Shown in pieces: positions 50,271 through 62,643 of a stretch of DNA of 64,000 bases. The notes under the pieces are model-generated. The model had not been told where the DNA came from. It did not search any database and saw only the letters and a list, made by a program, of their open reading frames with translations. Every line of letters starts with the position of its first letter. The first letter of the stretch is position 1. Made by a program: the position numbers and the translations under genes. Source of the DNA: Podarcis liolepis (lineage: Eukaryota); assembly GCA_965112155.1 (NCBI GenBank), contig OZ218109.1, one strand, 5' to 3'.

Positions 50271-52683
50271 GTATGTAGATGTAGACATTATTGAAGCATC
50301 TACCAAAGACTGCCATGCGCAGTGTGCTAATACATGCCAAAGTTAACAGCAGGTGAAGTGGAAATTACTGTTTTCTAGGATTTGCTTTTAACATTGATAT
50401 TGCATTGCTTGTGACTTCTGCAGACCTTTAGGGCTCTTATGTCTAAGAATAGATGTACAGTCCAGCCCTAAATATTTTTAGTTCAGCTAGACTTCTTTCC
50501 TAGTACACATGTTTAGGGTTGCAGCCAAAGAACGGTTACAGTTGACACATTTTTACTTGGACAGAAGTCAAGAGAGCCTGTGCAGAGTAGCGGTTAGTGT
50601 CAGATTAGGACTGAGAAGACCCAGGTTCGAATCTCCTTTCAGCCATGAAGCTCACTGAGTGATCTTAGACCAGTCGTTGTCCCTCAACCTAGCCTTTCTC
50701 ACAGGGTTCTTGGGAGGGTAAAATGGGGGGGGGGGAGAGAGTACCATGTAGACTAGCATCAGCTCTTTGGAGTAAAGACAGGATATAGATGTAATCATTG
50801 TTTTACTGAGTTCAGTAGGACTGACTCTCAAGGGTTCCCCAGTGGCAGTGACTTAGACATAGGGAGGTCAACTAAGCAGGACAGCCCCCCTGTGTCATCC
50901 AGTTGTTTCCCCCCATGTATATGTTGGGGGCTGAATAGCTACAACAGAGAGCCTGCCCTCCTTGAGTAGGCTCTCCACGTAATTAAGAACCCTGGAAGAT
51001 CAAGGTTCTAAATCTTATGGATGCCTATTTGAGAGGGGGAGGGGTGAGCTTCAGGAATGGGGAACGTGTGGCAGGGGGATATCCCAATGGACTCACCTCC
51101 ATCCCCTCCCCCTCGCACAAGGGTAATTACATGTGGGTAGGCAGAAAGAATGAGTGAACAGGGCTCAGGGTGCACTGGAGACTGGAGATGGTCTGTAGTT
51201 CAGTAGGGTGCATGTTTTGCGTATAGAAAGCGGCGAGATGCAAAGGGCATCTCATTGACCACTGTGAGAGCAAGATGCTGGATAAGATGGGCCATGGGCC
51301 TGATCCAGCAGACTCTTCTTATGTTCTTATGCTCTTATGTTCCAAAGAAGGCAGGGCTCCTGTACCTTTGACAGTTTGATGGATCACAGGAAGCGGCTGT
51401 GTACTGACCATCGGTCCATCTAGCTCAATATCATTTAAAGTGACTTGCAGTTTCTCTCTAGGGTTTCAGGCACCCAGGCATATGCAGAGATGTCAGGGAT
51501 TGAACCTGAAAGCTTCTGCAGGCATAGCAGATGTTCCACCATTGAGCCATGGGCCTCCTTCAATAAATTCAGTAGGTGCCAGTTACGTAACACTTGCTAT
51601 GACTTCCATTTCTACACAACTATGAATGTTTCAGAAGACCTTTCCTTTTCATCTCGCTGCCATAAAAAGCTTCAAGATCCAAGTCCTGACATTTCCAAAG
51701 TGGTTTTTTTTAAGGTGACAGGTGATGTGAAAGACCCCACCTGAGACCACAAAGAGCCATCAAGAGAGAGTGAAAACTATACTAGGGACAAAACTATACA
51801 GAGGGACAAATTGAACAGCTATCAGGCAGTTTCCTGCATTCCCTACTTTAGCCTTCAACACTAGTGACTAGGGTGGAGGGGCACTAGTCAAATCCATCCA
51901 TCTAAACTGACATTTAGCAAATTTCCCCCACTTTGTTACCAGCCGACTAAGCAAGCAGGCTTAGGAAACAGCAAGAACAATGCCGTGAAATACGGTATAT
52001 CCACTGTTCAATTTTGGTTGAGATCTGTGTTATGTTTCCTCCTGTTGCCACATAAAAGCAGCCCTAATTTGGATATCTCTGGAAGGCGACATTGTGGATT
52101 ATGCGCGAATACTTTTAAAAGCCAAACTAAATAGACTCCTGAAAGATATATATTTATTTTAGTGGGCTTTTTTTCGCATGCTTGCAAGCGCGCCCTTTGT
52201 ATACTTTTGTTGTTGAATTTGAAGGAGAGCCATAACTAACATCAACTCCTTCTTTGTTATAGTTTAGTCTAGGAGAAGTGCTTCGTGTTGCCACTGGCTC
52301 CTCTTCTTGTCTAGTCAAGCCAGGTCTGAGGCAAAGGGTAGCTGGATAGGGTGGTTTTTTCGGGTTTTCGATAGTAACAGTTTTTGAGGAACTCAAACCA
52401 CAGAATTCTGAAGGAAGCACGGTTGTTGACTCAGATATGACGGCACTTTGAGAGAGTGTTAATATCATAGGAGCAGAAGGGAGGGAGAATGAATTGAGAC
52501 TGACAGCATAAACACTTAAAAGGTACTTTTGTCGTTCTGAGGAGACAGGTGAAACGCCAAATATCCACTAACTGCAGCGCTCCTAATGAATTGATTGCAA
52601 ATTAAAATAGAACCATTTGTGGCTTCTGTTATGAAGGCCTGAGCTCATGTCATATGAAGCAGCAACCATAAAAAAAAGATAGC

Positions 52684-52875
52684 TGGATTGTAGCACAGTG
52701 ACAGAGCATCTTCTTTGCATGCAGAAAGTCCCAGGTTCATTCGCCGGCGTCTCCAGGTAGGTCTGGGGAAGGGCTTCTGTCTGAAACCCAGGGAAGCTGC
52801 TGCCAATCACTGTACACGCTGAGCTTGATGCATCACTGGTGGTCTGACTTAAGTGTAAGGCAGCTTCCTGTGTTT
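52684..52875 (+). mobile_element. Squam2-like tRNA-derived SINE
   Basis: agagcatcttctttgcatgcagaaagtcccaggttc ... aaggcagcttcctgtg. Confidence 0.72.
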
Positions 52876-53904
52876 CTCTGAGCATGTGCAGAGTGCCTTT
52901 CCTTCAAGACTAAGCAGCTTTAGCTCTGGAACTATTGGAATTGCCGCATAGGCCAAGCCAAATAATTTTAGAAGCAACCAACTCCCCCCGCCCCCCTGCT
53001 CACATTAACTCTGAAGTCAGTTCCAAAGAGTTGAAGGGAGCTTAACCCCCAGGCAACTGTGAATAGGACAGCAGCCGGAGCATGTGAAATAACTAAGACA
53101 AAATACCAATACCAGGAGTCTTCCTTACGAAGGTTTCCATTTTTCTCTGCTCTCGTTTTTATCGCATAATCACATTTGCTTCCCTCATACAATCCCTTCC
53201 TTTTCTGACTTTGTAACCCTCATGCGTGCTTCATGGAAGTGATTAAAAACATGTTAGAGGCAAAACAGGAATTTAGACTAACATTTCCTGTTGGTACTGT
53301 GTTCTGCAATGCTTATTCAGAATTAAGGGCTTTCCTGCAAATTAGTATATAATGGGTTAAATGCATGTTTATGTTGGCATAAAGTCCTCTGGTTTCTTTT
53401 CTTTTTTATGCAAAGCAAGAGACACTATTCCCCCCCCAACCCCCACAACTTTTAAAGAATCCTTAATAGATATTATAGCGGCGCCATTCACACTTCTGTA
53501 TAGCAGTTGAAGCCTGTGTCAGCACTTCCATTATGAATCTTGTTTTTGAAGGATTTTATAACCCAGCCATAAAAATTTGCTCTGGGCTAAAAACTGGTTA
53601 TAGCTCAGGGAGCTGAACTTTTCTTTCTTTTTCCTTTTTACTTAAAAGAACCTCGGATCGTTCAAGTCACACTAACATATCATTTTAAGAAGCAATGTGA
53701 ATAAAAATGCTATGTATATGGGCAACTTTTAAAGAGAGCATAGTTTTTTTTCCTAGAAAACAAAATACTAATTAGTAACGCTATGTAACTCGCTAGCCCA
53801 TCCTGCCAACACCGTTGCTCTAATAAATCCCTAAAACCTCATCAATCTACATTTAATTTTAGCAAAGTGAGCAGGGCTATTAATATTCTGGTTGATCTGC
53901 TTGA

Positions 53905-55270
53905 ACACTTCCGGTTGATTGTGGATGAGGGCCCTGACACAGCATTTAGTACCAAAACCTGGCTGTACAAGGTGGGTGGAGTTGATCTGACTCAGCTCTG
54001 CTCAGCTGGGTATTTGATGCAGGATCAGTCCAACCTGGAAGTTTGGGGCAGGAGTCACCATTACCCCTAGGAATCCTATCTCCTTTACCTTTTTGCTCCA
54101 GTGCAAGACTTGAGGAATTGTACCCAACATTGGACCAGAAGGACAGATGCTGCTTGCTGGTATACCACCCAATCTGCTGCCCAGGGACATCCTTACACAA
54201 GGTGGCAGAGGCAGTCTCAGGCGTGATGTTGGAGGATCCCAGCACAATCATTTTGGGAGGCTTCAACATTCACGCCGAGGCTACCTTGACTGCACCAAGC
54301 TGGGACTTCACGAACACCATGGCATGACAGGGAGAGCCTTGCCCTGCTGGTTCATAGTAACCTCTAGACTGGACTATTGTAATGCACTCTGCATGGGGCT
54401 GCCCCTGAGGCTGTTCAGGAAGCTGCAGCCAGTGCAGAATGTGGCAGACATGTTTCTTTTAGGGTGACCTACTGCAAACGCGGGTGGCGCTGTGGGTTAA
54501 ACCACAGAGCCTAGGGCATGCTGATCAGAAGGTTGGCAGTTCGAATACCCGCGACAGGGTGAGCTCCCATTGCTCAGTCCCAGCTCCTGCCAACCTAGCA
54601 GTTCGAAAGCACGTCTGGCAGGAAGGTAAACGGGGTTTCCGTGTGCTGCTCTGGTTCTCCAGAAGTGGCTTAGTCATGCTGGACACATGACCCGGAAGCT
54701 GTACGCCGGCTCCCTCGGCCAGTAAAGCGAGATGAGCGCCGCAACCCCAGAGTCGGCCGCGACTGGACCTAATGGTCAGGGGTCCCTTTACCTTTACTGC
54801 AAACATATATCACCAATCTGGAAATAACTACACTGGCTATCTTCTGCTGAGTCTGGTTAAAGGTACTTGCACTGACTGACAAAGCCATATACAACTTGGG
54901 CCTGGATGCCTCAAGGAATGCCTTCTCTCATACAGATCTCCCCATTTGTTGAGATCTACCAGCAGAGTTGGTTTGGCTGTGGCATCTTTGGCAACGTGGC
55001 AGGCGGGAGCCTTCTCAGTGGCGCCATCCACTCTCTCTTTTTCATCCAGTCTCTCTTTTTCTCTGTGACATGGCAGCACCATGAGACAGCAGTCCAAGAC
55101 CTGGTTATTCACCCAGGCTTTCTGTGGGATCTAATGCCAGCATTTGTGTTTTTTAAGTTGGCTAATTGTGATTTATCCTGCCTTTAAAAAAGAATAATTG
55201 CACTGTGAATTTTGAAACTGTTTTAGTTGTAGCCCACTTTCAAATTGCTGTTGGTTAGAACTCTTCTAAA
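53905..55270 (+). mobile_element. Internally deleted L2-clade LINE relic (APE endonuclease remnant joined to RT C-terminal remnant)
   Basis: Peptides LLVYHP...IILGGFNIH (APE-like GDFN motif) and VTSRLDYCNALCMGLPLRLFRKLQPVQN (L2 ORF2 motif). Confidence 0.78.
54480..54794 (+). mobile_element. Sauria SINE (Squam1) nested in L2 relic
   Basis: High similarity to 6326-6676 with an internal deletion; 10-bp TSD TACTGCAAAC (54470-54479 / 54795-54804). Confidence 0.92.
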
Positions 55271-55886
55271 TTAATAAAGTCTCAACGAGTGTACAAGAAA
55301 CTACACTCGGTTCTTTGAATCCAAGACAGTGCATCTTTACCCCTCTTTTTGTTTTATGTAATTATGTGTGTTAGATACATTTATAACACCTAGACTAACT
55401 ACAATATGAGATTTTCAAATATCATGTAAATTCTGGGTTGGCATAGTGCTATCTTGAGTTTTTTTAGGGTTTTTTTTAGGGCAATGTAATAAATGAATCT
55501 TCTGGCTTTCTTTCTCATTTACTTTTTGCTACACTGTCTAAAACAATTATGTTTTTGTGTTTATGTATAGCAGATAGTTCCCTGTGGTTTCTGGCTACAT
55601 ATTGCATGCAGTCATTGCTCCAGTGAAATAAAAGGCTGTTTTGCCAAAGTCTTAAATAGGACCTGGATTTTAACCCGTCATATTTTATGCTTCTGTTACA
55701 GCCTCTGCACATATTTTAAAAATGGGTGAAGAATTGCAAATTTTCTTCTACCTCTCACCCCAAAGCTAGGCTAGGGCTGCAATCTTGTTCTCATATACTC
55801 AGGAGTAAGCACCATTAAACACAATAGAACTTCTTCTGAGTAAACATAAGAAGCCAAAATAACCACAAGATAACATCTACTAAAGG

Positions 55887-56300
55887 TAGGGATAGAGGAG
55901 GTGTTTTATCCAGTCTGCATTTAAAACCGAATCTATCAAATTTGCACTTCCTGAAATAATATGCAAACTGAAACTTAGCCATCCTTCAAAATTCACACTT
56001 GTCTGAATTTTGTGATGGAGTTCTCCAACCAAGCATTGTTTGCATAAATGCATATATTAGGGGAAAGGGTGCATAAAAATGAAGATATTAGTGGAAGTAA
56101 CATATAAAACCACACCATATCAGGGAAAGTTACTTTTGTACATTAGTCAAAATTATATATAAAAACGTACTTGTTAGGAGAAATTCACACAAAAATGCTG
56201 GTGAATTTTCATGAGGATTTCTTTTTTAAAAGGAACTGAATTTAAGTTTGGAAAAATGAGGAACAAAGAGAACCAGAGCTGGCAGGTCATTCCATCCCTA
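55887..56300. mobile_element. hAT-like non-autonomous element, near full length
   Basis: Termini TAGGGATAG / CATCCCTA; several partial copies in the window. Confidence 0.7.
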
Positions 56301-56467
56301 TCAGTAGGGTCACCTGAATGAGCATCAGGAACCTATGTGGCTCTCCCTTCACTTCTGACCATTGGTCATACAAGACAGTAGAAGGAGGAGAAAAGGAGAA
56401 CCAAAATGGCTGTGATCTACTTTCTTGGTCCCTGTGTATTCACACTAAGCCATGGTTTGACATTGTG

Positions 56468-56794
56468 CAGGGGTGGGGAAACTTTTTCAAGTGGGGGAAC
56501 CTTTTTCAGCTTGAGGGCCACATTCTCTGTGAGTCCTATATGGTGGGTAGGGCCAAAAGCACAAAAACTGAGTGGAGCAATGGATGTATGAGCAATTCGC
56601 TTTGTATAGTAGGATATATTCCACGCAGGCAAGCAAGAAGCTTGATCACAGTTCAGGGCCGTTGGGGAGGGCCTTCCAGGAGGGCCAGTCAAGGCCTATA
56701 GAGAGGTGATGTGGCCTAGGATGAGTCCTGAGGGCTGGACAGAGAGACCTTGAGGGCTACGTTTGGTCTCCAGGGCTAAGGTTCGCCATTCCTG
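56468..56794. mobile_element. Older hAT-like element, same family as 8527-8914
   Basis: caggggtggggaa...gagggccacattc...ggttcgccattcctg. Confidence 0.62.
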
Positions 56795-58691
56795 ACTTAA
56801 ATGTGTCTACCACCCTTCATCCTCAGATCTCAGGGCGATTCACAACATAAAATTACAATATAAAAACCACAAAATACATAGTAAAAATAAGAGCAACAAC
56901 AAACCAAAATGAAGTCTTAGGCAGTTTTTTTGTAAGATGAAGATGCCACCTCAGTTCTACAGAACCTTTGTCATCTAATAAAATCTCCTCTACTTCCTCT
57001 TACAAGCTGAAGACTGGAACTTTTCCACCATGCCTAGGAACAGCGTTTTATCCACCCTCACTCTCCATTTTAACATCCATTCTGAGTTCTGAGGAACGCA
57101 GAGAAATCTGAGGAAGATTTCTCACTCTACTTTGTGATGTTTTAGTTGGCTCTAATAAAGCCATTTTAACCTATTACCCTACTGTTAACTTTTGCACACA
57201 CCCCTCCCCTCCCATGGACCAGTATGGTTACCTGCTATTTTCTTGTGTGCTTAAATTGAAAGGTCTTTTAACACTGCCAGAAAATTGGGCCTAGAAGGCT
57301 CCCAGTGGGAATAAGGTTCCATCATTACGGGGTTTCCCCAAGAACTCCACTCTCTACCTTTTCGAAATAGATGCATCTCACAGATGTTCATAGAAAACGA
57401 TAATCTGGGTAAATCTTGGGAAGCGCTGCCTTCTTGCTGTATGCTGCTTTTCATTTCATTTTATTGGCTTGTAAACTTCTACACAGAAGGCATTTTATTT
57501 TATTGCAGCAGAGGGAAACATAAGGGACCAGAAAACAGCCCATCATGTTCAATCATCTCAGGAAGTGGTGAGCATAAGAGAAGAAAGTTGTGTGCTCTCG
57601 TGAAGTAGGCATGGATCTTTTCCTCTCCAATGACATCTGCTAGAAATAGCATCCCCACATAGGGATCTTTCCAGCTCCACTTGGAGAGGCCAAGGACTGA
57701 ACCTGCAACCTTCTGCATGAAAAGCACATGCTCTACCACTGAGCTACATTCCCGCATGTGTTTTTGGCCCTTAAGATCCTGGCCTAAGGGCCCCTCCAGA
57801 TGCCCTTTTGATTGAGCGTTCATGATGATTTGAGCTCATGGTGTTACTGGAGATGCTATACGCAATCAAGTTTTCAATACCATTTGTACTTGCAGAGGTT
57901 TTGGAGCAATCACACTGCTTCATTTGCAATAGGTTCGTGCCCTGTAGTTTCCTGCTTAAATTCTGTAGCTTTCCAAACCACAAATGTTCTGCACTTTTTG
58001 TTGCACTGTAGCACAAGTATGTCCGTCCCCCCCCCCAAGGCAATAATACAATTAACAATGTGAAAGCGTCACAGAAGAACTGATAAAGCAGTATGATGTG
58101 TGGATGATCCAGTATAAAGCCATCACTAATGCGCTATTATCGTGGCAGTGACTTGTTACAGAAAGAGTACACATGCAAAAAACCAAATGAACCCTACTTT
58201 AGAAGGGTCCTATGTCTTCATGTTAAGAAACCTAAATACAGTGAAGTAAAGCATGCCTTTTAATAGGCTGAGAACGTTTTTTAAAAGCTTTGGTTGAAAC
58301 TGGTCTCTGTGTTAAAAGAGCACTTCTTTGTGAAATGCCGTTTAATGCTTTTCCAAGTTCAGTTTTGCAACATACATCCGTCAAAAACGTTTCCTGAAAT
58401 CTGAACGTGGGGTTTATTTTATTTTGGATCCTAAGTATTTTCTTTTCCGGAATAATAAATATGCACGATATAGGCTACCTTCTGTATAGAGGCTGCATTC
58501 TAAGATTACGCAGCTGCCCATTTAGAGAGGATTCAGAAGCGATTCTTTAGAAGGAAGCAAACCGCTCGACCCTACCAACGTTGCTATGGCTTTCATAGGA
58601 ATATTTCCTTTCTTTCCTGAAGACTTTGTTTAATTCAGTTGGAGATATTTAAATCCTTGTGGGCTTAACGCTGCCAATATGCTTTTGTAAG

Positions 58692-58854
58692 CTCCTCCCA
58701 GGGAACTGACAGAGGAAGAAAAGCAGCAGATTCTCCACTCAGAAGAGTTCCTTATATTTTTTGACCGGACGATACGTGTGATTGAGAGAGCGCTAGCTGA
58801 AGATTCTGACATTTTCTTTGACTATGGTGGCAGAGATGTGGAAGAGAAAGATGG
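58692..58854 (+). CDS. DYNC1I1: DYNC1I1 internal coding exon (163 nt, phase 1-2; Roadblock/LC7-binding helical region)
   Basis: Acceptor ttgtaag, donor GG|gtcagt. Translates [73 protein letters not shown] matches DYNC1I1 rather than DYNC1I2 (recalled as FFDHSTRIVERALSEQIN). Confidence 0.96.
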
Positions 58855-58919
58855 GTCAGTCTTTATTTTATTATTTTCAACATGATAAAAAGCGAACAAA
58901 CAAATAGATACTATTTGTG

Positions 58920-59270
58920 TTAGAGTGGGAGGGAAGAGCCTTTTTCAGTCCTAGGCACACACATTCCCTCATGGGCAGCCTTCCTGGGGGGGGGGGAACG
59001 ATACGCTAGTAGTGGGTGTGGCCAATGTCAAAAGTATGCTATTGCCCTGCCATGCAAAAGCCAGAGGTTCCTTCACATGGACATCCACATCTTTCCATCC
59101 ATCTAGGCAGGCAAGAGGCATTCTCATAATTCAAGAATAGGCAAAAGCAGTCAGGGAGGGTTCAGAGTAGGGCCTTTGAAGGGCATGGCCTGGGGTGAGT
59201 CTTGAAGGTCAGATGGAGAGCCATCAAGGGCTGAATTCGGACTCCAGGCCTGACATTGCCCATTTCCGTG
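58920..59270. mobile_element. Older hAT-like element, same family as 8527-8914
   Basis: ccttttttcag...cacattccc...gcaagaggcatt...ccaggcctgac blocks. Confidence 0.55.
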
Positions 59271-60477
59271 GCAGAGTGTCAAACTCTGGTAATTTATACA
59301 TTTTAAAGACCGATAATTAGATTAAGTGGTGAAATGCATTCTTCTTTATCGAACCCTTGTTTTTATTATCCATGTATTTATGACATTTCTATAAACCACC
59401 TTTCTGCCAAGGCACCCAAGATGTTTATGGTTGAAAAAGTTGTGGCAGTGCAGTATTGTATGCACAACAGATAGCTGCTATAGTGTGTGAGAGCAATATG
59501 ATTCATCTGTTCATCCTTAAGGTTCCTCTTCCGGGGATAGTTAGCTTAATGTGAAGCTCCTAGTTACAGACCAAAAAAAATCAATCCTTTAAGGTGGGCT
59601 TGGCTCCACATTGGGGGTGGTTTCTACAGCCCTGGGTTTAGCTCCAAAATATGCAGTGGAATACCAACATTGAGGGTCTCCAAAGGGGCAGCGGGAAATA
59701 TTTTTACTGCCCTCTGCTACCTGCTGGAGGTCCCCCCTGACTCTTTAGTATGTTTTGAAGCTTCATTCATGAAGCCTACAGTATGGAATGTCTTGTTAGG
59801 TTGACTCTTACTCACAATTAAAGTCAGGTGCAACAAACTAAAAAAAAGAGACAACTATGCAGGTGCTTTGAAGTGTCCAGTGTCGCTTCAGGCCTTCTGC
59901 CCCATGGGTCAATTATATGCCTTGAATAATGTATGTGGATTTGCACTGGGGACAACATGAGGTATTGGTCAGGTGCAGCATTGACACAGTAGGCATACGC
60001 TGACACAGGGATGGATTTACTATGTTAAAGAGGAAATATTTTTTGCCGCTCCATTTTTTTACTTCAGACAAAATAGTTTTCAGGGTGGGGTGCAGAGAAG
60101 ACGCACTAACTAGCTAAGGAAACATAGTAGGGGAAATAAATGATTGGAAATCATTTAAAACAATTGGCATTGTGCAAAGCGAGACCTGGGCAAAGTGTCC
60201 TGTGGTGGGGCCCTTCTTATGTTTGATCCACCATTTTAATTTCCCACAATGCCCTGGAGGACCTGACATTATGAGTTTTCCAGGGCATTGTGGAAAATCA
60301 AAATGGAGGCCTGCAGAACCAGCTGCCAAGTGTTGAGAGCCCAGGGAAAGAGTCAGCTGTGGTGGGCACAAACTGGGTGACTGGAGCCTCTGCCTTCGCA
60401 TGCCAGCTGCTGACGCCAAGGCTGGAATTGTAAACCAACCACAAGTTTAAGTGTAACTCTTTTTCAAACCCATACAG

Positions 60478-60577
60478 AGATGTTCAAGCTGGAGCTAACC
60501 TTTCCTTTAACCGTCAGTTCTACGATGAGCACTGGTCTAAGCACCGGGTTGTCACTTGTATGGATTGGTCCCTTCAG
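60478..60577 (+). CDS. DYNC1I1: DYNC1I1 internal coding exon (100 nt, phase 2-0; leads into first WD40 repeat)
   Basis: Acceptor catacag, donor CAG|gtaaga. Translates (G)[33 protein letters not shown], in frame with the previous exon. Confidence 0.96.
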
Positions 60578-61007
60578 GTAAGATTTATGTTTACAAAAGC
60601 ACACCAACTTTGGGTACATATAATTTGGCAGAGTCTGAAAACGAAACGAAATGGGGCTACTAGTTCCAAGCTCTTAGACTTGTTTCTTGAGCCACTTTCC
60701 CCAGTACCACAAATGCTGCATGGCAAGCTGCTGTCTGAGGGAGATTTGTTACATACCATAATATTCAATGGCCCAAGATTGGCGGCAAAATAAAACATGT
60801 CACTGCACTTGCCACAAGCCAAAGTCGCTCTGCAATTTGTATATATACCATGTGACTTTGATAAAGGAACCATGCCTCAGTGGTAGAATACATCTCCTGA
60901 ATGTTCCAGATTCAACTCCTGGTATTATATCTCCATTTTTAAAAGACTAATAAACTGGGTAGTATGCTATGCGAAAGACCTCTGCTAGGGAGCTGCCATC
61001 AGTCGAA

Positions 61008-61218
61008 GGCTTCATCTGCTCTATACAATTAAAGCAGTTCAAACAGTCATGGCTTCTCCCAAAGAATCCTGTGCTTTGTTAAGGGTGCTGAGCATTGCTA
61101 GGAGATCCTTGTTCCCTGCGTGAGCTACAGTTGTCAGAATGCTCCATTGTTAAATCACTCTGGGAACTGTAGCACTGTGAAGGGAATACGGGTCTCCTAA
61201 CAACTCTCTCAGCATCCT

Positions 61219-61249
<31 letters not shown>

Positions 61250-61540
61250 AGTTTGGATTTGATATCCCGCCTTTCACTCCCCTTCAGGAGTCTCAAAGCG
61301 GCTAACATTCTCCTTTCCCTTCCTCCCCCACAACAAACACTCTGTGAGGTGAGTGGGGCTGAGAGACTTCAAAGAAGTGTGACTGGCCCAAGGTCACCCA
61401 GCAGCTGCATGTGGAGGAGCGGAGACACGAACCCGGTTCCCCAGATTACGAGACTACCGCTCTTAACCACTACACCACACTGGCTACACTTCCCAGGATT
61501 CTCTGGGGGAAGCCATGACTGTGTAAATTGGTATTCAAGC
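61008..61540. mobile_element. Palindromic MITE interrupted by a Squam3 SINE
   Basis: Left arm cagtcatggcttctcccaaagaatcc pairs with right arm ggattctctgggggaagccatgactg after the SINE. Confidence 0.7.
61221..61485 (-). mobile_element. Squam3-type SINE with (CTT)n tail
   Basis: Reverse complement of 8998-9242; (AGA)n run on + strand at 61221-61249. Confidence 0.87.
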
Positions 61541-62511
61541 ACATGCCAGGGAAATAAGGCTTGTGGAATCACAGTGAATTAAGGTGCTCTGTCACCCTAG
61601 TTCAACAAATCCACTTTTAAAAGGAAATGGACTTTCTCTAGTTAGAAAAGTCATGGGGGAATGCATTGAAAAGTGTGGGATGAACAAATGAGTAACGGGA
61701 AGGTATATAAACAGCCCACAATCAAACCAGGGTGAATGCAGGATAAATATTCATTGTCATATAACCTCTCTGCAAAGAAATTGGAACAAATGCTTAATAG
61801 AGACCAGATATAATCTAACCTCCATGTAAGCTTTCTGCAAGCATATCAGGATGAATGCTCAATAAATACGTTGTCTGAACCTCAAACTTGTAGCTTGCTT
61901 GAGGAAGATAATGCAGACCTTGGAGTAATATGCTTATGAGATATGACCACAGATACATTTAAAGGGAATTTTTTTTAGCATCTATGCGTCTTAATCGAAT
62001 CCATTTTGCAACAGGTATGCGTTGGCACGTGGGTGGTCAGTAAGCATATGTGGATTTGTTCAGAACTGGGAAACCAGCCTGAGGAAACACTTATCTTAGG
62101 CTGTTCAAGAGCTGGAAATTACATGGAATTCTTATCTGATAGGTTTTTAACAAGCAGCATTTACTGTATTCCCGGGACAGCGAGATAAAGTCAACTGGAA
62201 GGCAACTGCCAAAAAATGTAATTGTTCGTGCCCCCAGGCGCACAAGCATGTTTCTGTCTCCTGTTGCTTTGTTCTGGGGTTGCCCCAGCTCACCTTCTCT
62301 CCTCCGAAGCTTTATTCCTCTTGGATGTACACCTTAACTGCTCTCAGTGTCACTGTGCATTACGTCAAAGGGAGCGCTTTGACCTCTGACCTCTGGAGTG
62401 CAAAAGACAGCTAAGTAGGACAGGGGCATCAGAGCACACTGTGATAACATTTCACTGTACAGTGCACAGTTTATCAAAGGCATGCTGGAATTCACACAAA
62501 TCAAGCCGAAT

Positions 62512-62643
62512 NNNNNNNNNNNNNNNNNNNNNNNNNNNNNNNNNNNNNNNNNNNNNNNNNNNNNNNNNNNNNNNNNNNNNNNNNNNNNNNNNNNNNNNNN
62601 NNNNNNNNNNNNNNNNNNNNNNNNNNNNNNNNNNNNNNNNNNN
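62512..62643. other. Assembly gap (132 N)
   Basis: Run of n. Confidence 1.

Noticed and set aside
58660-58691. CTTAAC near the acceptor suggesting a U12-type intron
   Set aside because: The intron's donor is GTATGT (U2-type), not GTATCCTT; the motif fits an ordinary branch point.
58630-58812. Minus-strand ORF over the DYNC1I1 exon
   Set aside because: It is an antisense shadow of the real exon.
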